Positions 1 through 9,427 of a stretch of 49,178 nucleotides of DNA are shown piece after piece. Location: the NCBI GenBank assembly GCA_001443385.1, contig LDXP01000008.1:1-49178 (forward strand), given 5' to 3'. Under the pieces are notes generated by a model. That model saw only the letters and a list, made by a program, of their open reading frames with translations, ran no database searches and was not told where the DNA came from. The position numbers and the translations under genes are program-made. The DNA is from Candidatus Rokubacteria bacterium CSP1-6. Its GTDB lineage: Bacteria > Methylomirabilota > Methylomirabilia > Rokubacteriales > CSP1-6. Position 1 is the stretch's first letter; each line of letters starts with the position of its first letter.

Positions 1-13
1 CCCCGCCCACTAG

Positions 14-137
14 ACGCCGTGCCGATAACCGTCGCATCCCGGCGTTCTCGGTCGTCGCCCTTCCTCAACGTACAGAGAGTACGTCTCCGGTGGGCTCCTC
101 CCTCGGGCCTTGGGCTGCTCGGTTCTCGCCACGGCGT
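14..137. repeat. MITE/REP-like structured element, short form
   Basis: Terminal inverted repeats ACGCCGTGCCGATAACCG (14-31) and CGGTTCTCGCCACGGCGT (120-137), 16/18 complementary; internal hairpin ACGTAC-agaga-GTACGT; shares sequence blocks with 16511-16718 in reverse orientation. Confidence 0.75.
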
Positions 138-149
138 GAACTGACCACC

Positions 150-1061
150 GTGCAGATCGGATTCGTAGGCCTCGGCCGGATGGGAGCCGGCATGGTGGAG
201 CGCCTCCTCGCGGGCGGGCACAGCGTTGCAGTCTATGATCTCTCCCGCGACGCCCGGCGCGCCGCCGCAGCCAAGGGCGCCTCCGACGCCGCCTCCCTCG
301 ACGACCTCGCCCGGGCCCTCGCCCCGCCCCGCGCCGTATGGGTGATGGTGCCTGCCGGCAACCCCACGGAAGAGACCATCCGGGCCCTCGCGTCACTGCT
401 CGCCGGGAACGACGTGATCATCGACGGCGGAAACTCCTATTACAAAGACGATGTGCGCCGCGCCGACGAGCTCAAGCCGCGCGGCATCCACTACCTGGAC
501 GTGGGAACGAGCGGAGGCGTCTGGGGGCTGAAGCACGGCTACTGCCTGATGATCGGCGGCGAGCGGCCGATCTTCGAGCGCCTGGAGCCTGCGTTCAAGA
601 CGCTGGCGCCGCCGGACGGCTACGCGTACGTAGGCGGCCACGGCGCCGGCCACTACGTCAAGATGATCCACAACGGGATCGAGTATGGGCTGATGCAGGC
701 CTACGCCGAGGGGTTCGAGCTGCTCCACGCCTCGGAGTTCCAGCTGGACCTGGCCGCCATCGCCCACCTCTGGAACCAGGGGAGCGTCGTCCGGTCCTGG
801 CTCCTGGAGCTCGCCGAGCTGGCCCTGAGGGCCGACCCGCGCCTCGAGGGCATCAAAGGGTACGTGGAGGACTCGGGGGAGGGGCGCTGGACGGTCGAGG
901 ACGCCCTCGAGAAAAACGTGCCTGCTCCCACCATCGCGCTCTCGCTCTTCGGGCGCTTTCGCTCCCGCCAGGGCGATCCCTTCGCCGACCGGATGCTGGC
1001 CGCCCTCCGCAACGCCTTCGGCGGCCATCCCCCGCGCAAGAGCGGCCCCGGCGGGCCCTGA
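150..1061 (+). CDS. gnd: 6-phosphogluconate dehydrogenase, decarboxylating (short YqeC type)
   Basis: GFVGLGRMG Rossmann motif, IDGGNS, DVGTSGG, KMIHNGIEYG, DSGEGRW, LRNAFGGH; GTG start chosen at 150. Confidence 0.95.
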   Translation: MQIGFVGLGRMGAGMVERLLAGGHSVAVYDLSRDARRAAAAKGASDAASLDDLARALAPPRAVWVMVPAGNPTEETIRALASLLAGNDVIIDGGNSYYKDDVRRADELKPRGIHYLDVGTSGGVWGLKHGYCLMIGGERPIFERLEPAFKTLAPPDGYAYVGGHGAGHYVKMIHNGIEYGLMQAYAEGFELLHASEFQLDLAAIAHLWNQGSVVRSWLLELAELALRADPRLEGIKGYVEDSGEGRWTVEDALEKNVPAPTIALSLFGRFRSRQGDPFADRMLAALRNAFGGHPPRKSGPGGP

Positions 1062-1068
1062 GCCGTCC

Positions 1069-2562
1069 ATGCCCTCGGACGAGCCGTTCGCGCTGATCAT
1101 CTTCGGCGCCTCGGGCGACCTGACGAAGCGCAAGCTCGTCCCCGCCCTCTGGAGCCTCTTCCAGGGGCGCGTGCTTCCCGAGCCCTTCGTCATCCTGGGC
1201 GTGGCGCGCTCGGAGATGTCCGACGAGGACTTTCGCCGCCGGATGCGAGAGGCGGTGGGCGAGTTCGCCCGGGTCCAGCCCCCCGCGGCCCACGTCTGGG
1301 AGCGCTTCGCGTCCTCCCTCTTCTACTGCCCCGGGGATCCCGCGGATGCCGCGCTCTACGACCGGCTCGGCGCGCGCCTGCGACAGCTGGAGACGGACAA
1401 GGGCACGGGCGGCAACCGGCTCTTCTACTGCTCCACCCCGCCGAGCCTCTACCCGGCCATCGTCACCCGGATGGGCGCCTCCGGGCTCCAGCGGGAAGGG
1501 AACGGCTGGACACGCGTCATCATCGAGAAGCCGTTCGGCCGGGACGTGTCGAGCGCGCGGGAGTTGAACCGGATCGTCTCCCGGGTCTTCACCGAGGATC
1601 AGGTCTACCGGATCGACCACTACCTGGGGAAGGAAACGGTCCAGAACCTCCTGGTCTTCCGCTTCGCCAACGGCATCTTCGAGCCGCTCTGGAACCGCAA
1701 CCACGTCAACCATGTCCAAATCACCGTGGCGGAGAGCCTCGGCGTAGAGGGGCGCGGCGCGTACTACGAGGAGGCCGGCGCGCTGCGCGACATGATCCAG
1801 AACCACATCCTCCAGCTGCTCTGCCTGGTGGCGATGGAGCCGCCGGTCTCCTTCGACGCCGACCCGGTCCGCGACGAGAAGACCAAGGTGCTGCGCGCCA
1901 TCCGCCCGATCCCGCCCGACGGGGTGGACGAGGTGGCGGTCCGCGGCCAGTACGGCCCCGGTTTCCTCGAGGCCCACCGCGTCCCCGGCTACCGGGCCGA
2001 GAAGGGCGTGGCGCCGGATTCCAGGGCCGAGACCTTCGCGGCGCTCAAGCTCTTCATCGACAACTGGCGCTGGGCGGGGGTCCCCTTTTACCTCCGGACG
2101 GGCAAGCGTCTCCCCAAGCGGGCCAGCGAGATCGCCATCCAGTTCTGGGGCACCCCACACCTCCTCTTCCGGCGGCCCGATCCCGCCGACCGGATCGACC
2201 CGAACCTCCTGGTCGTCCGGATCCAGCCCGACGAGGGCATCGCGCTCACGTTCGGAGCGAAGCTTCCCGGTCCGGAGATCAACATCCGCCCGGTCACCAT
2301 GGACTTCCGCTACGGCGCCTCCTTCGGCGCCGAGCCGCCCGAAGCCTACGAGCGCCTCCTGCTGGATGCTATCCACGGCGACGCGACCCTCTACGCGCGG
2401 AGCGACTGGGTGGACGCGGCCTGGCAGGTTCTGACGCCGGTGCTGGAGGCGTGGGGGGCAGGGCCGGCGCCGAAGTTTCCGAACTACGAGGCCGGCACCT
2501 GGGGGCCTGCGGAGGCGGACGCCTTCGTCGAGCGCGATGGACGGCGATGGCACCGCCCGTAG
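1069..2562 (+). CDS. zwf: glucose-6-phosphate 1-dehydrogenase
   Basis: IFGASGDL, EKPFG, RIDHYLGKE, RDMIQNH, RWAGVPFYLRTGK motifs. Confidence 0.97.
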   Translation: MPSDEPFALIIFGASGDLTKRKLVPALWSLFQGRVLPEPFVILGVARSEMSDEDFRRRMREAVGEFARVQPPAAHVWERFASSLFYCPGDPADAALYDRLGARLRQLETDKGTGGNRLFYCSTPPSLYPAIVTRMGASGLQREGNGWTRVIIEKPFGRDVSSARELNRIVSRVFTEDQVYRIDHYLGKETVQNLLVFRFANGIFEPLWNRNHVNHVQITVAESLGVEGRGAYYEEAGALRDMIQNHILQLLCLVAMEPPVSFDADPVRDEKTKVLRAIRPIPPDGVDEVAVRGQYGPGFLEAHRVPGYRAEKGVAPDSRAETFAALKLFIDNWRWAGVPFYLRTGKRLPKRASEIAIQFWGTPHLLFRRPDPADRIDPNLLVVRIQPDEGIALTFGAKLPGPEINIRPVTMDFRYGASFGAEPPEAYERLLLDAIHGDATLYARSDWVDAAWQVLTPVLEAWGAGPAPKFPNYEAGTWGPAEADAFVERDGRRWHRP

Positions 2563-3347
2563 CCGATGTTGTCGTAGTTGCAACTCCGGCGGGGCTGGCC
2601 GAGCAGGCCGCCAGCCGCTTCGTCGAGGCCGCGACCAAAGCGCTCGCCGACTTCGGAACGTTCCGCGTCGCCCTCTCGAGCGGCACGACGCCCCAGGGCC
2701 TCTACGCGCGGCTCGCGGCCGAACCCTTTCGCTCGCGCGTGGACTGGGAGCGCGTCCAGGTTTTCTGGGGAGACGAGCGCTGTGTCCCGCCTGACCACGC
2801 CGACTCCAACTACCGCCTCGCCCACGAGCTACTCCTCTCGAGGGTCCCGGTGCGCCCGGAGAACGTGTACCGGATGCGCGGCGAGGCAATCGACCCGGAC
2901 CTGGCGGCGGCCGAGTACGCGGGCGAGCTCCAGACGGCGTTCGGCCTGAAGCGGGGCGAGCGGCCGCGGTTCGACCTCATCCTGCTGGGCATGGGGGCCG
3001 ACGGCCATACGGCCTCGCTCTTCCCGCACTCCCCCGCGCTCCGGGAAGTCACGCGCCTCGCGGTGGCCGTCTATGTGGAGGCCGTCAAGGGCTACCGCAT
3101 CACGCTGACGCTTCCGGTGCTGAACAGCGCCGCCTCCGTCTTCTTCCTGGTCAGTGGCGGCGACAAGGCCGAGCGGCTCCGGGCGGTACTGGGGGGCAAG
3201 CCTTCGCACGCGGCGCCGGCCTCCATGGTGCGGCCCGAGCGTGGCACGCTCCACTGGATCGTGGACCGTGCCGCCGCCACCGGCCTCGCCGACACGAAGA
3301 GCTCCCCTCTCCCCCCGCGGGGAGAGGGGAATCCGGGGCGGGGCTGA
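2547..3347 (+). CDS. pgl: 6-phosphogluconolactonase (DevB type)
   Basis: FWGDERCVPPDH, LGMGADGHTASLFP, RITLT; overlaps the end of zwf; ATG at 2547. Confidence 0.93.
   Translation: MAPPVADVVVVATPAGLAEQAASRFVEAATKALADFGTFRVALSSGTTPQGLYARLAAEPFRSRVDWERVQVFWGDERCVPPDHADSNYRLAHELLLSRVPVRPENVYRMRGEAIDPDLAAAEYAGELQTAFGLKRGERPRFDLILLGMGADGHTASLFPHSPALREVTRLAVAVYVEAVKGYRITLTLPVLNSAASVFFLVSGGDKAERLRAVLGGKPSHAAPASMVRPERGTLHWIVDRAAATGLADTKSSPLPPRGEGNPGRG
3303..3330. repeat. REP-like palindrome (CCCTCTCCC..GGGAGAGGG family) within the pgl 3' end
   Basis: TCCCCTCTCCCC-ccgc-GGGGAGAGGGGA perfect stem; related to 9371-9422 and 48121-48217. Confidence 0.7.
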
Positions 3348-3351
3348 GAGG

Positions 3352-3759
3352 TCAGCGAGTGGTCGTAGAACCGGGGGCGGCGAGGACGCGGGTGGTCGTC
3401 ACCTCCACCAGGGTGTTCCACCAGCCCTCGTAGATCAGGACCTGGAGGGAGTTGCCGCCCTTCTCGTAGACCTGGGTCGTCCCGTGGCCCGGCGCGCTCG
3501 TGGAGCTGATGTGGCGCCAGCCGTTGGCCTCCAGCGTCGTCCTGAAAGCGGTGCCGAGGCTTTCCGGCTCGACCCGCCCGGCGTACACCTGCCGCGCGGC
3601 CTTGACGCTCGGGGATTCGATGATCGTGGACCTGTCGGCCTTGAATTCGAGGCCCTTGGGAACCGGGATGTCCTCGAAGCCGCTCTGCACCGCCCGCGGC
3701 GGCGTCGAGGCGCAGCCCACGATGGTGAGCAGAATGACGGCAATGCTCAGGTACCGCAT
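3352..3759 (-). CDS. hypothetical lipoprotein
   Basis: Signal peptide with lipobox-like IVGC; AGGGAGG RBS upstream. Confidence 0.75.
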   Translation of the reverse strand: MRYLSIAVILLTIVGCASTPPRAVQSGFEDIPVPKGLEFKADRSTIIESPSVKAARQVYAGRVEPESLGTAFRTTLEANGWRHISSTSAPGHGTTQVYEKGGNSLQVLIYEGWWNTLVEVTTTRVLAAPGSTTTR

Positions 3760-3836
3760 GCTTGATCCTCCCTTCTAAGGGTTCAACGTGAGCCTACCAC
3801 GGCGGGTAGGGCGCCCCCCAAGAGAATTCTTGCCGG

Positions 3837-3845
3837 TGGTATAAT
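3837..3845 (+). promoter_or_regulatory. extended -10 promoter element (TGgTATAAT)
   Basis: Consensus TGnTATAAT ending 8 nt before ATG 3854; no SD sequence. Confidence 0.6.
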
Positions 3846-3853
3846 TTGGGCCG

Positions 3854-5140
3854 ATGAGTCTACGTCACCCATTCCTCCGGTGCGTCGCGTGGTCGCTCGT
3901 GACGGCCCTGCTCGCCGGGTGCGCGAGCACCAAGGTGCCGCCGATCGGCGCCGGGCGGCCGTTTCAGCTCGAGGCGGACGAGCGCCGGATCTGGACGGAC
4001 GCCGAGAAGGAAGAGGCAAAGCTCGAAAAGTCGGGGAAGGTTTACGACGACCCGCTGCTCGAGGAGTACCTGGGCCGGATCGGCGATCGGCTGGTGGGGA
4101 GCGAGGTCAAGGAGGCCGGGGTGGGCCTCCGCTTCACCGTCTTCCGCGATCCCAGCCTCAACGCCTTCGCGATGCCGAACGGGCGGGTGTACGTCCACAC
4201 CGGGCTCCTCGCGCGGATCGAGAACGAGGCCCAGCTCGCCACGGTCCTCGGCCACGAGCTGACCCACGTCACCAACCGGGACGCGCTCCGCTTCCAGCGG
4301 GACGCCACGAACAAGAAAATCGCATACACCGTGGCTGCCATTGCATTGAGCATCGGCGTCGCGGTGGCGGCCGGCAAGCAGGCCGAGCACGGGAACGTCG
4401 TGGGCGCCGCGGTGCTGAGCCAGACCGCCAACGCGATCCTCGGTCTCGGGCTCCAGCTCGCGGCTCTGGCCGCCATCAATGGGTACGGGCGGGACATCGA
4501 GCGCCAGGCCGACGAGGAGGGCCTGGCCCGGATGGTCAAGGCCGGCTACGACCCCACGCAGGCCCCGCGGGTCTACCAGCTGCTCAAGAAGGACGGCGGC
4601 GATCCGGGTCGGCTCGAGAACTTCTTCTTCGGCGACCACCCGCGCCTGGACGAGCGCATCGAGACCACCGGCGCGCTCCTCGCGAGCCGCTACGCCGCCC
4701 AGGCCCAGGCGCCGGACCGGATCGTCGATACCCCGGAGTTCAATCTTCGAATACGCACGGTGGTGAGGGAGAACGCCGCGCTGGACATTCGCGCCGGCCG
4801 CTTCAACCTGGCCAAGGCCCAGCTCGACCGGGTGCTGGCCATCATCCCGCGCGATCCGGTCGCGCATCTCTACTACGGCGACCTCTACCGGATCCAGTCC
4901 CAGCGGGCGAGGGCGCTGGCTGATAAGGAAAGCCTGGTTCGGCGCGCGATCGACGAGTACACCGAGGCCGCCCGGCTCGACCCCGCGTATCCGGACCCGT
5001 TCCGTCAGCTCGGCTTCCTCTACTACCAGCAGGAGGAACGGGACCGGGCGCGCGAAGCGTTCCAGACCTACCTCCGGCTCAAGCCCGACGCCCCCGACGC
5101 GCGCCGCATCAAGGAGTATCTCCTCGAGCTCGACCGCTAA
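3854..5140 (+). CDS. M48 family metalloprotease with C-terminal TPR (BepA/YfgC-like lipoprotein)
   Basis: LLAGC lipobox, NAFAMPNG, GHELTH zinc motif, ERQADEEG, AGYDP, DHP; TPR-like C-terminus. Confidence 0.88.
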   Translation: MSLRHPFLRCVAWSLVTALLAGCASTKVPPIGAGRPFQLEADERRIWTDAEKEEAKLEKSGKVYDDPLLEEYLGRIGDRLVGSEVKEAGVGLRFTVFRDPSLNAFAMPNGRVYVHTGLLARIENEAQLATVLGHELTHVTNRDALRFQRDATNKKIAYTVAAIALSIGVAVAAGKQAEHGNVVGAAVLSQTANAILGLGLQLAALAAINGYGRDIERQADEEGLARMVKAGYDPTQAPRVYQLLKKDGGDPGRLENFFFGDHPRLDERIETTGALLASRYAAQAQAPDRIVDTPEFNLRIRTVVRENAALDIRAGRFNLAKAQLDRVLAIIPRDPVAHLYYGDLYRIQSQRARALADKESLVRRAIDEYTEAARLDPAYPDPFRQLGFLYYQQEERDRAREAFQTYLRLKPDAPDARRIKEYLLELDR

Positions 5141-5175
5141 GGCGTGGCGCAGCCCGTCCAGGCCTACCGCCTCCC

Positions 5176-5184
5176 TGGTATAAT
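5176..5184 (+). promoter_or_regulatory. extended -10 promoter element (TGgTATAAT)
   Basis: Consensus match ending 12 nt before ATG 5197. Confidence 0.55.
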
Positions 5185-5196
5185 CCGAGCCACCCG

Positions 5197-8100
5197 ATGA
5201 TCTGCCCCCGCTGCCGGCACGAGAACACCCCCGCCGCCAGGTTCTGCGTCGAGTGCGGACAGAAGCTGGCTCCCGGCTGCCCCCAGTGCGGCGCCGAGGT
5301 TCCGGCGGCAGCCAAGTTCTGCGCCCAGTGCGGGACGTCCCTGACGCCGGCGGCGCCACCCGAAAAAAACTTCGCGTCACCCCGCGCCTACACTCCCGCC
5401 CACCTGGCGGAGAAAATTCTCAAAGCCCGCGGGGCGCTCCAGGGCGAGCGGAAGCAGGTCACGGTCCTTTTCGCCGACGTGTCGGGGTTCACGGCCATCT
5501 CGGAGAAACTGGATCCCGAGGAGGTCCACCGCCTCATGAACGGCGCCTTCGAGCTGATGCTGGGCGCCATCCACCGATTCGAGGGGACGGCAAACCAGTT
5601 TCTCGGCGACGGCCTCATGGCGCTCTTCGGCGCGCCCATCGCCCACGAGGACCACGCCCAGCGCGCCGTGCACGCGGCGCTCGAGATCCAGCGCGCCCTC
5701 CGCGACTACCGCGAGCGGCTCGGGCGCGAGCGTGGCGTGGACTTCAGGATGCGGATCGGGCTCAACACCGGGCTCGTGGTGGTCGGCGCCATCGGCGACA
5801 ACCTCAGGATGGATTACACGGCCGTCGGCGACACTACCAACCTGGCGGCCCGGATGCAGCAGATCGCCCAGCCGGGCCAGATCATCGTGGCCGAACCCAC
5901 CCACCGCCTCGTCCACGGCTACTTCGAGACCCACTCTCTCGGCAGCGTCACCGTGAAGAACCGGCAGGAACCCGTCGGGGCGTGGGAGGTCGTGCGGTCC
6001 AAGGGGGTGCGGACCCGCCTGGCGGTCCAGGCCGAGCGCGGGCTGACGCCGTTTGTCGGCCGGGAGCAGGAGCTCCTGGCCATGGAGCGGGCCTTCGCCC
6101 TGGCGAAGGACGGCCACGGCCAGATCGTCTTCCTGGTGGGCGAGGCCGGCATGGGGAAGTCCCGCCTCCTCCTGGAGTTCCGGCGGCGGGGCGAGGGAGA
6201 AACGGTGACCTGGCTCGAAGGGCCGTGCATCTCCTTCGGCAAGTCCATTCCTTTCCTGCCCATCATCGAGATGCTGAAGCGGAATTTCCACATCGAGGAT
6301 GCGGACTCGGAGGCCGAGATCATCGCCAAGGTGGACCGGGGATTAGCGTTCCTCGGTGGTGATGCCCCGGCGGTCGCACCGTATCTCAAGTATCTGCTGT
6401 CTGTGAATCCCGGAGATCCCGCCGTGGCCGCCCTGGACCCCGCGCAGCGGCGACCGCGCATCTTCGAGGCCCTCCGCCAGATCACCCTCAGGGGAAGCCG
6501 GCGTCGCCCCATCGTCATGGTGATCGAGGACCTCCAGTGGATGGACGCGGCTTCGGAGGAATATCTGAAGTTCGCGGCCGACAGCCTGGCGGGCGCAGCG
6601 GTGCTCCTGATTCTGACGTACCGCCCCGGCTATTCCCAGCCCTTCGGGGATCGAACGTACCACTCCCGCATCGCGCTCGGGCCACTCTCCGACGAGGAGA
6701 GCGCCCGCATGGCGCGGGGGCTCCTCGAGGCCTCGGATCTGCCGGAAGAAGTGCGGGCGATGGTGAGCCGGAAGGCCGAGGGAAATCCCTTCTTCCTCGA
6801 GGAAATCCTCCGCTCCCTCGTGGAGACGGGCGCGCTCCGCCGCGACAACGGCCGGTACGTCCTGGCCCGATCGGCGGGAGACATTCACGTCCCCGACACG
6901 ATCCAGGATCTCATCATGGCGCGCATCGACCGGCTGGCCGACGAGCAGAAACGGACGGTTCAGGTGGCGTCCGTCATCGGCCGGGAGTTCGCGCTCCGCC
7001 TCCTCAAGCGGATCTCGGACATTCGCGAGCAGGTGGAGCGGTGCCTCGGCGAGCTGAAGAGCCTGGAGTTCATCTACGAGAAGACCATCTTCCCCGACCC
7101 GGAATACATCTTCAAGCATGCGCTCACCCACGACGTGGCCTACGCCTCGATCCTCCACTCCCAGCGCCGGGAGCTCCACGCGACCATCGGACTGGCCGTC
7201 GAAGAGCTGTACGCCGACCGGTTGGAGGAACGATTGGAGGAGCTGGCCTATCATTTCGGCCAGGGCGAGGTTTGGGATAAGGCGTTCCACTACCTCCGTC
7301 AAGCCGGGGCGAAGGCGGTGGCCCTCTGCGTGGACCGCGAGGCGGTGGGTTTCTACGAGCGGGCTCTGGAGGCGCTCGACCACCTCCCCGAAGACCCGGA
7401 GCGCGACCGCCAGGCCATCGACCTCCGCCTCGAGATGCGCGCCCCCCTCTGGCGCCTGGGACGGCTCGATCGGCTGTTCACCCTCTTCCAGGGGGCGGAA
7501 GAGCTTGCCCGGCATCTCGGAGACCCAGTCCGCCTCCATAAGATTTACGCTTTCCTGGTGCAGTACTACTGGGCCATGGGCGAGCCGATGCGCGCCATCG
7601 AGTACGGCCAGCGTTGTCTTGAGACGGCCGACGCCCTGAACAACCTGACGCTCCGGGTCACGGGGAACCTCTACCTCGGTCACGCCTACCATTCCCTCGG
7701 GCAGTTCGCCAAGGCTGTCGAGTACCTCGCCCGGAACGTGGAGCTGCTCGAGGGGGAGCGAGCCAGGGAGCAGTTCGCCCTATCAGGGTTACCCTACGTG
7801 GTCTCCTGCGCCTGGGCCCTTGAATCGCTTGCGTTCCTGGGAGAGTTCGAGCGAGCGGAGGAGCTCGCTCGGCGTGGCGCCCGGGTGGCGGAGGCTGCCG
7901 ACCACCCCTACAGCCTAGCCGCGATCCGGACCTGCACCGGCTATCTCCACACCTTCAAAGGGGAACTCTCGGAAGCCATCGCGCTGCTGGAACCGGCTCT
8001 GCGCGTCTGCCGCGAGAAGAACTTCGCGGGCTGGACGATGCGATCCGCCACAGCCCTCGGAATCGCCTACGCCCTGACAGGCCGCCCAGCTGAGGCTATA

Positions 8101-8562
8101 TCCCTCCACGAAGAGGCGATCCGCCTCCAGGAGGAGGCCGGAGCCCTAGTCAACCGCGGGCACTGGTGGACGAACCTGGGCGAAGCCCTCCTCCTCGCAG
8201 GCCGGACAGAGGAAGCGCGCCGCGCAGGCCAGGAGGGGCTGAAGTTCGCTCAGGCTCACGCCGAGCAAGCCCAGGAGGCCTCAAGCCGGTTGCTCCTCGG
8301 GGAAGTTGCCGCCTGTCAGACCCCGCCGGCGCGAACAGAGGCCGAGGAGCAGTTTGGGGGAGCCGCCCGCCTCGCCGAAACCCTGGGCCTCAAACCCCTC
8401 CTCGGTCGCTGCTGGATGAGCCAGGGAGTCCTAGCCAGGAAGCTCGGCGATGAAGAGAAAGCGAAAGTGTTCCTGCAAAAGGCCGCTGCCCTGTTCCGAT
8501 CTCTCGGGATGACCTGGTGGGAAGCCGAGGCCCGGAAGCTGCTAGAGTCCCCCTCACCGTGA
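5197..8562 (+). CDS. double zinc ribbon + class III adenylate/guanylate cyclase + AAA/STAND ATPase + TPR protein
   Basis: Four CxxC at the N-terminus; TVLFADVSGFT, FLGDGLMALFG, GDTTNLAARMQ; Walker A GEAGMGKS; EDLQWMD; GNPFFLEE; TPR-like tail. Confidence 0.92.
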   Translation: MICPRCRHENTPAARFCVECGQKLAPGCPQCGAEVPAAAKFCAQCGTSLTPAAPPEKNFASPRAYTPAHLAEKILKARGALQGERKQVTVLFADVSGFTAISEKLDPEEVHRLMNGAFELMLGAIHRFEGTANQFLGDGLMALFGAPIAHEDHAQRAVHAALEIQRALRDYRERLGRERGVDFRMRIGLNTGLVVVGAIGDNLRMDYTAVGDTTNLAARMQQIAQPGQIIVAEPTHRLVHGYFETHSLGSVTVKNRQEPVGAWEVVRSKGVRTRLAVQAERGLTPFVGREQELLAMERAFALAKDGHGQIVFLVGEAGMGKSRLLLEFRRRGEGETVTWLEGPCISFGKSIPFLPIIEMLKRNFHIEDADSEAEIIAKVDRGLAFLGGDAPAVAPYLKYLLSVNPGDPAVAALDPAQRRPRIFEALRQITLRGSRRRPIVMVIEDLQWMDAASEEYLKFAADSLAGAAVLLILTYRPGYSQPFGDRTYHSRIALGPLSDEESARMARGLLEASDLPEEVRAMVSRKAEGNPFFLEEILRSLVETGALRRDNGRYVLARSAGDIHVPDTIQDLIMARIDRLADEQKRTVQVASVIGREFALRLLKRISDIREQVERCLGELKSLEFIYEKTIFPDPEYIFKHALTHDVAYASILHSQRRELHATIGLAVEELYADRLEERLEELAYHFGQGEVWDKAFHYLRQAGAKAVALCVDREAVGFYERALEALDHLPEDPERDRQAIDLRLEMRAPLWRLGRLDRLFTLFQGAEELARHLGDPVRLHKIYAFLVQYYWAMGEPMRAIEYGQRCLETADALNNLTLRVTGNLYLGHAYHSLGQFAKAVEYLARNVELLEGERAREQFALSGLPYVVSCAWALESLAFLGEFERAEELARRGARVAEAADHPYSLAAIRTCTGYLHTFKGELSEAIALLEPALRVCREKNFAGWTMRSATALGIAYALTGRPAEAISLHEEAIRLQEEAGALVNRGHWWTNLGEALLLAGRTEEARRAGQEGLKFAQAHAEQAQEASSRLLLGEVAACQTPPARTEAEEQFGGAARLAETLGLKPLLGRCWMSQGVLARKLGDEEKAKVFLQKAAALFRSLGMTWWEAEARKLLESPSP

Positions 8563-8585
8563 TCCCCCCCTCACCCTTGGGGGTT
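8549..8585. repeat. degenerate CCCCCTCACC REP-like repeat between convergent genes
   Basis: CCCCCTCACC occurs twice in tandem and overlaps the cyclase stop codon. Confidence 0.5.
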
Positions 8586-8586
8586 C

Positions 8587-9351
8587 TCAGCCCTGGATGG
8601 AATAGCCCCCGTCCACGGGGATGGCGGCGCCGGTGACGAAATCGGAGGCGGGGCTGGCCAGGAACACCGCAACGCCCGATAGGTCGTCGGGCACCCCCCA
8701 GCGGCCCGCGGGTGTACGGGCCAGGACGCGGTCGTGGAGCCCGGGGACGTCCTTGCGGGCCTGGAGGGTGAGCTCGGTGTCGATCCAGCCGGGCAGGACG
8801 GCGTTGACCTGGATCCCGTCCTTGGCCCACGCGGAGGCGAGCCCCCGGGTGAGCTGGACGATGCCGCCCTTGCTGGCGCCGTAGGGGACCGCAAAGGAGG
8901 CGCCGAAGAGGGATGTCATCGAGCCGACGTTGATGATCTTTCCTCCGCCGGCCTTCCTCATGTGTGGATAGACGGCCTTTGAGCACATGAAGGCGCTCGT
9001 GAGGTTGGTGTCGAGGATCCGGCGCCACTCATCGAGCGTGTAGGTTTCGGGCGACTTGCGGATGTTGATCCCCGCATTGTTCACCAGGATGTCCAGCCGG
9101 CCGAAGCGGTCGGCCACCGCCTGAACCATCGCTGCCACTGAGGGCTCGAGGGTCACGTCCACTTCCACCGCGAAGGCCTGAGCCCCGAGGGTCTCCAGCG
9201 ACTTCACCGCGGTGGCGCTCTTGGCCATATCGCGCGCCGCCACCGCCACGCTCGCCCCCGCCGCGGCCAGCCCCCGGGCCATCCCCAAGCCGATCCCGCC
9301 GTTGCCGCCCGTGACGATGGCCACCTTGCCTTTCAGGTCGAACCCGTTCAT
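8587..9351 (-). CDS. short-chain dehydrogenase/reductase (KduD / gluconate 5-dehydrogenase-like)
   Basis: TGGNGGIG, NNAG, YGASKGG catalytic motif, VDGGY. Confidence 0.9.
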   Translation of the reverse strand: MNGFDLKGKVAIVTGGNGGIGLGMARGLAAAGASVAVAARDMAKSATAVKSLETLGAQAFAVEVDVTLEPSVAAMVQAVADRFGRLDILVNNAGINIRKSPETYTLDEWRRILDTNLTSAFMCSKAVYPHMRKAGGGKIINVGSMTSLFGASFAVPYGASKGGIVQLTRGLASAWAKDGIQVNAVLPGWIDTELTLQARKDVPGLHDRVLARTPAGRWGVPDDLSGVAVFLASPASDFVTGAAIPVDGGYSIQG

Positions 9352-9370
9352 GGACCCTCCCCAAGCCGGC

Positions 9371-9422
9371 CCCCCTCACCTTTATCCTCTCCCCCGATGG
9401 GGGAGAGGGCAGGGTGAGGGGG
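9371..9422. repeat. REP-like palindrome, full-length form
   Basis: CCCCCTCACC-tttat-CCTCTCCCCC-gat-GGGGGAGAGG-gcag-GGTGAGGGGG nested stem. Confidence 0.8.
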
Positions 9423-9427
9423 AACTA

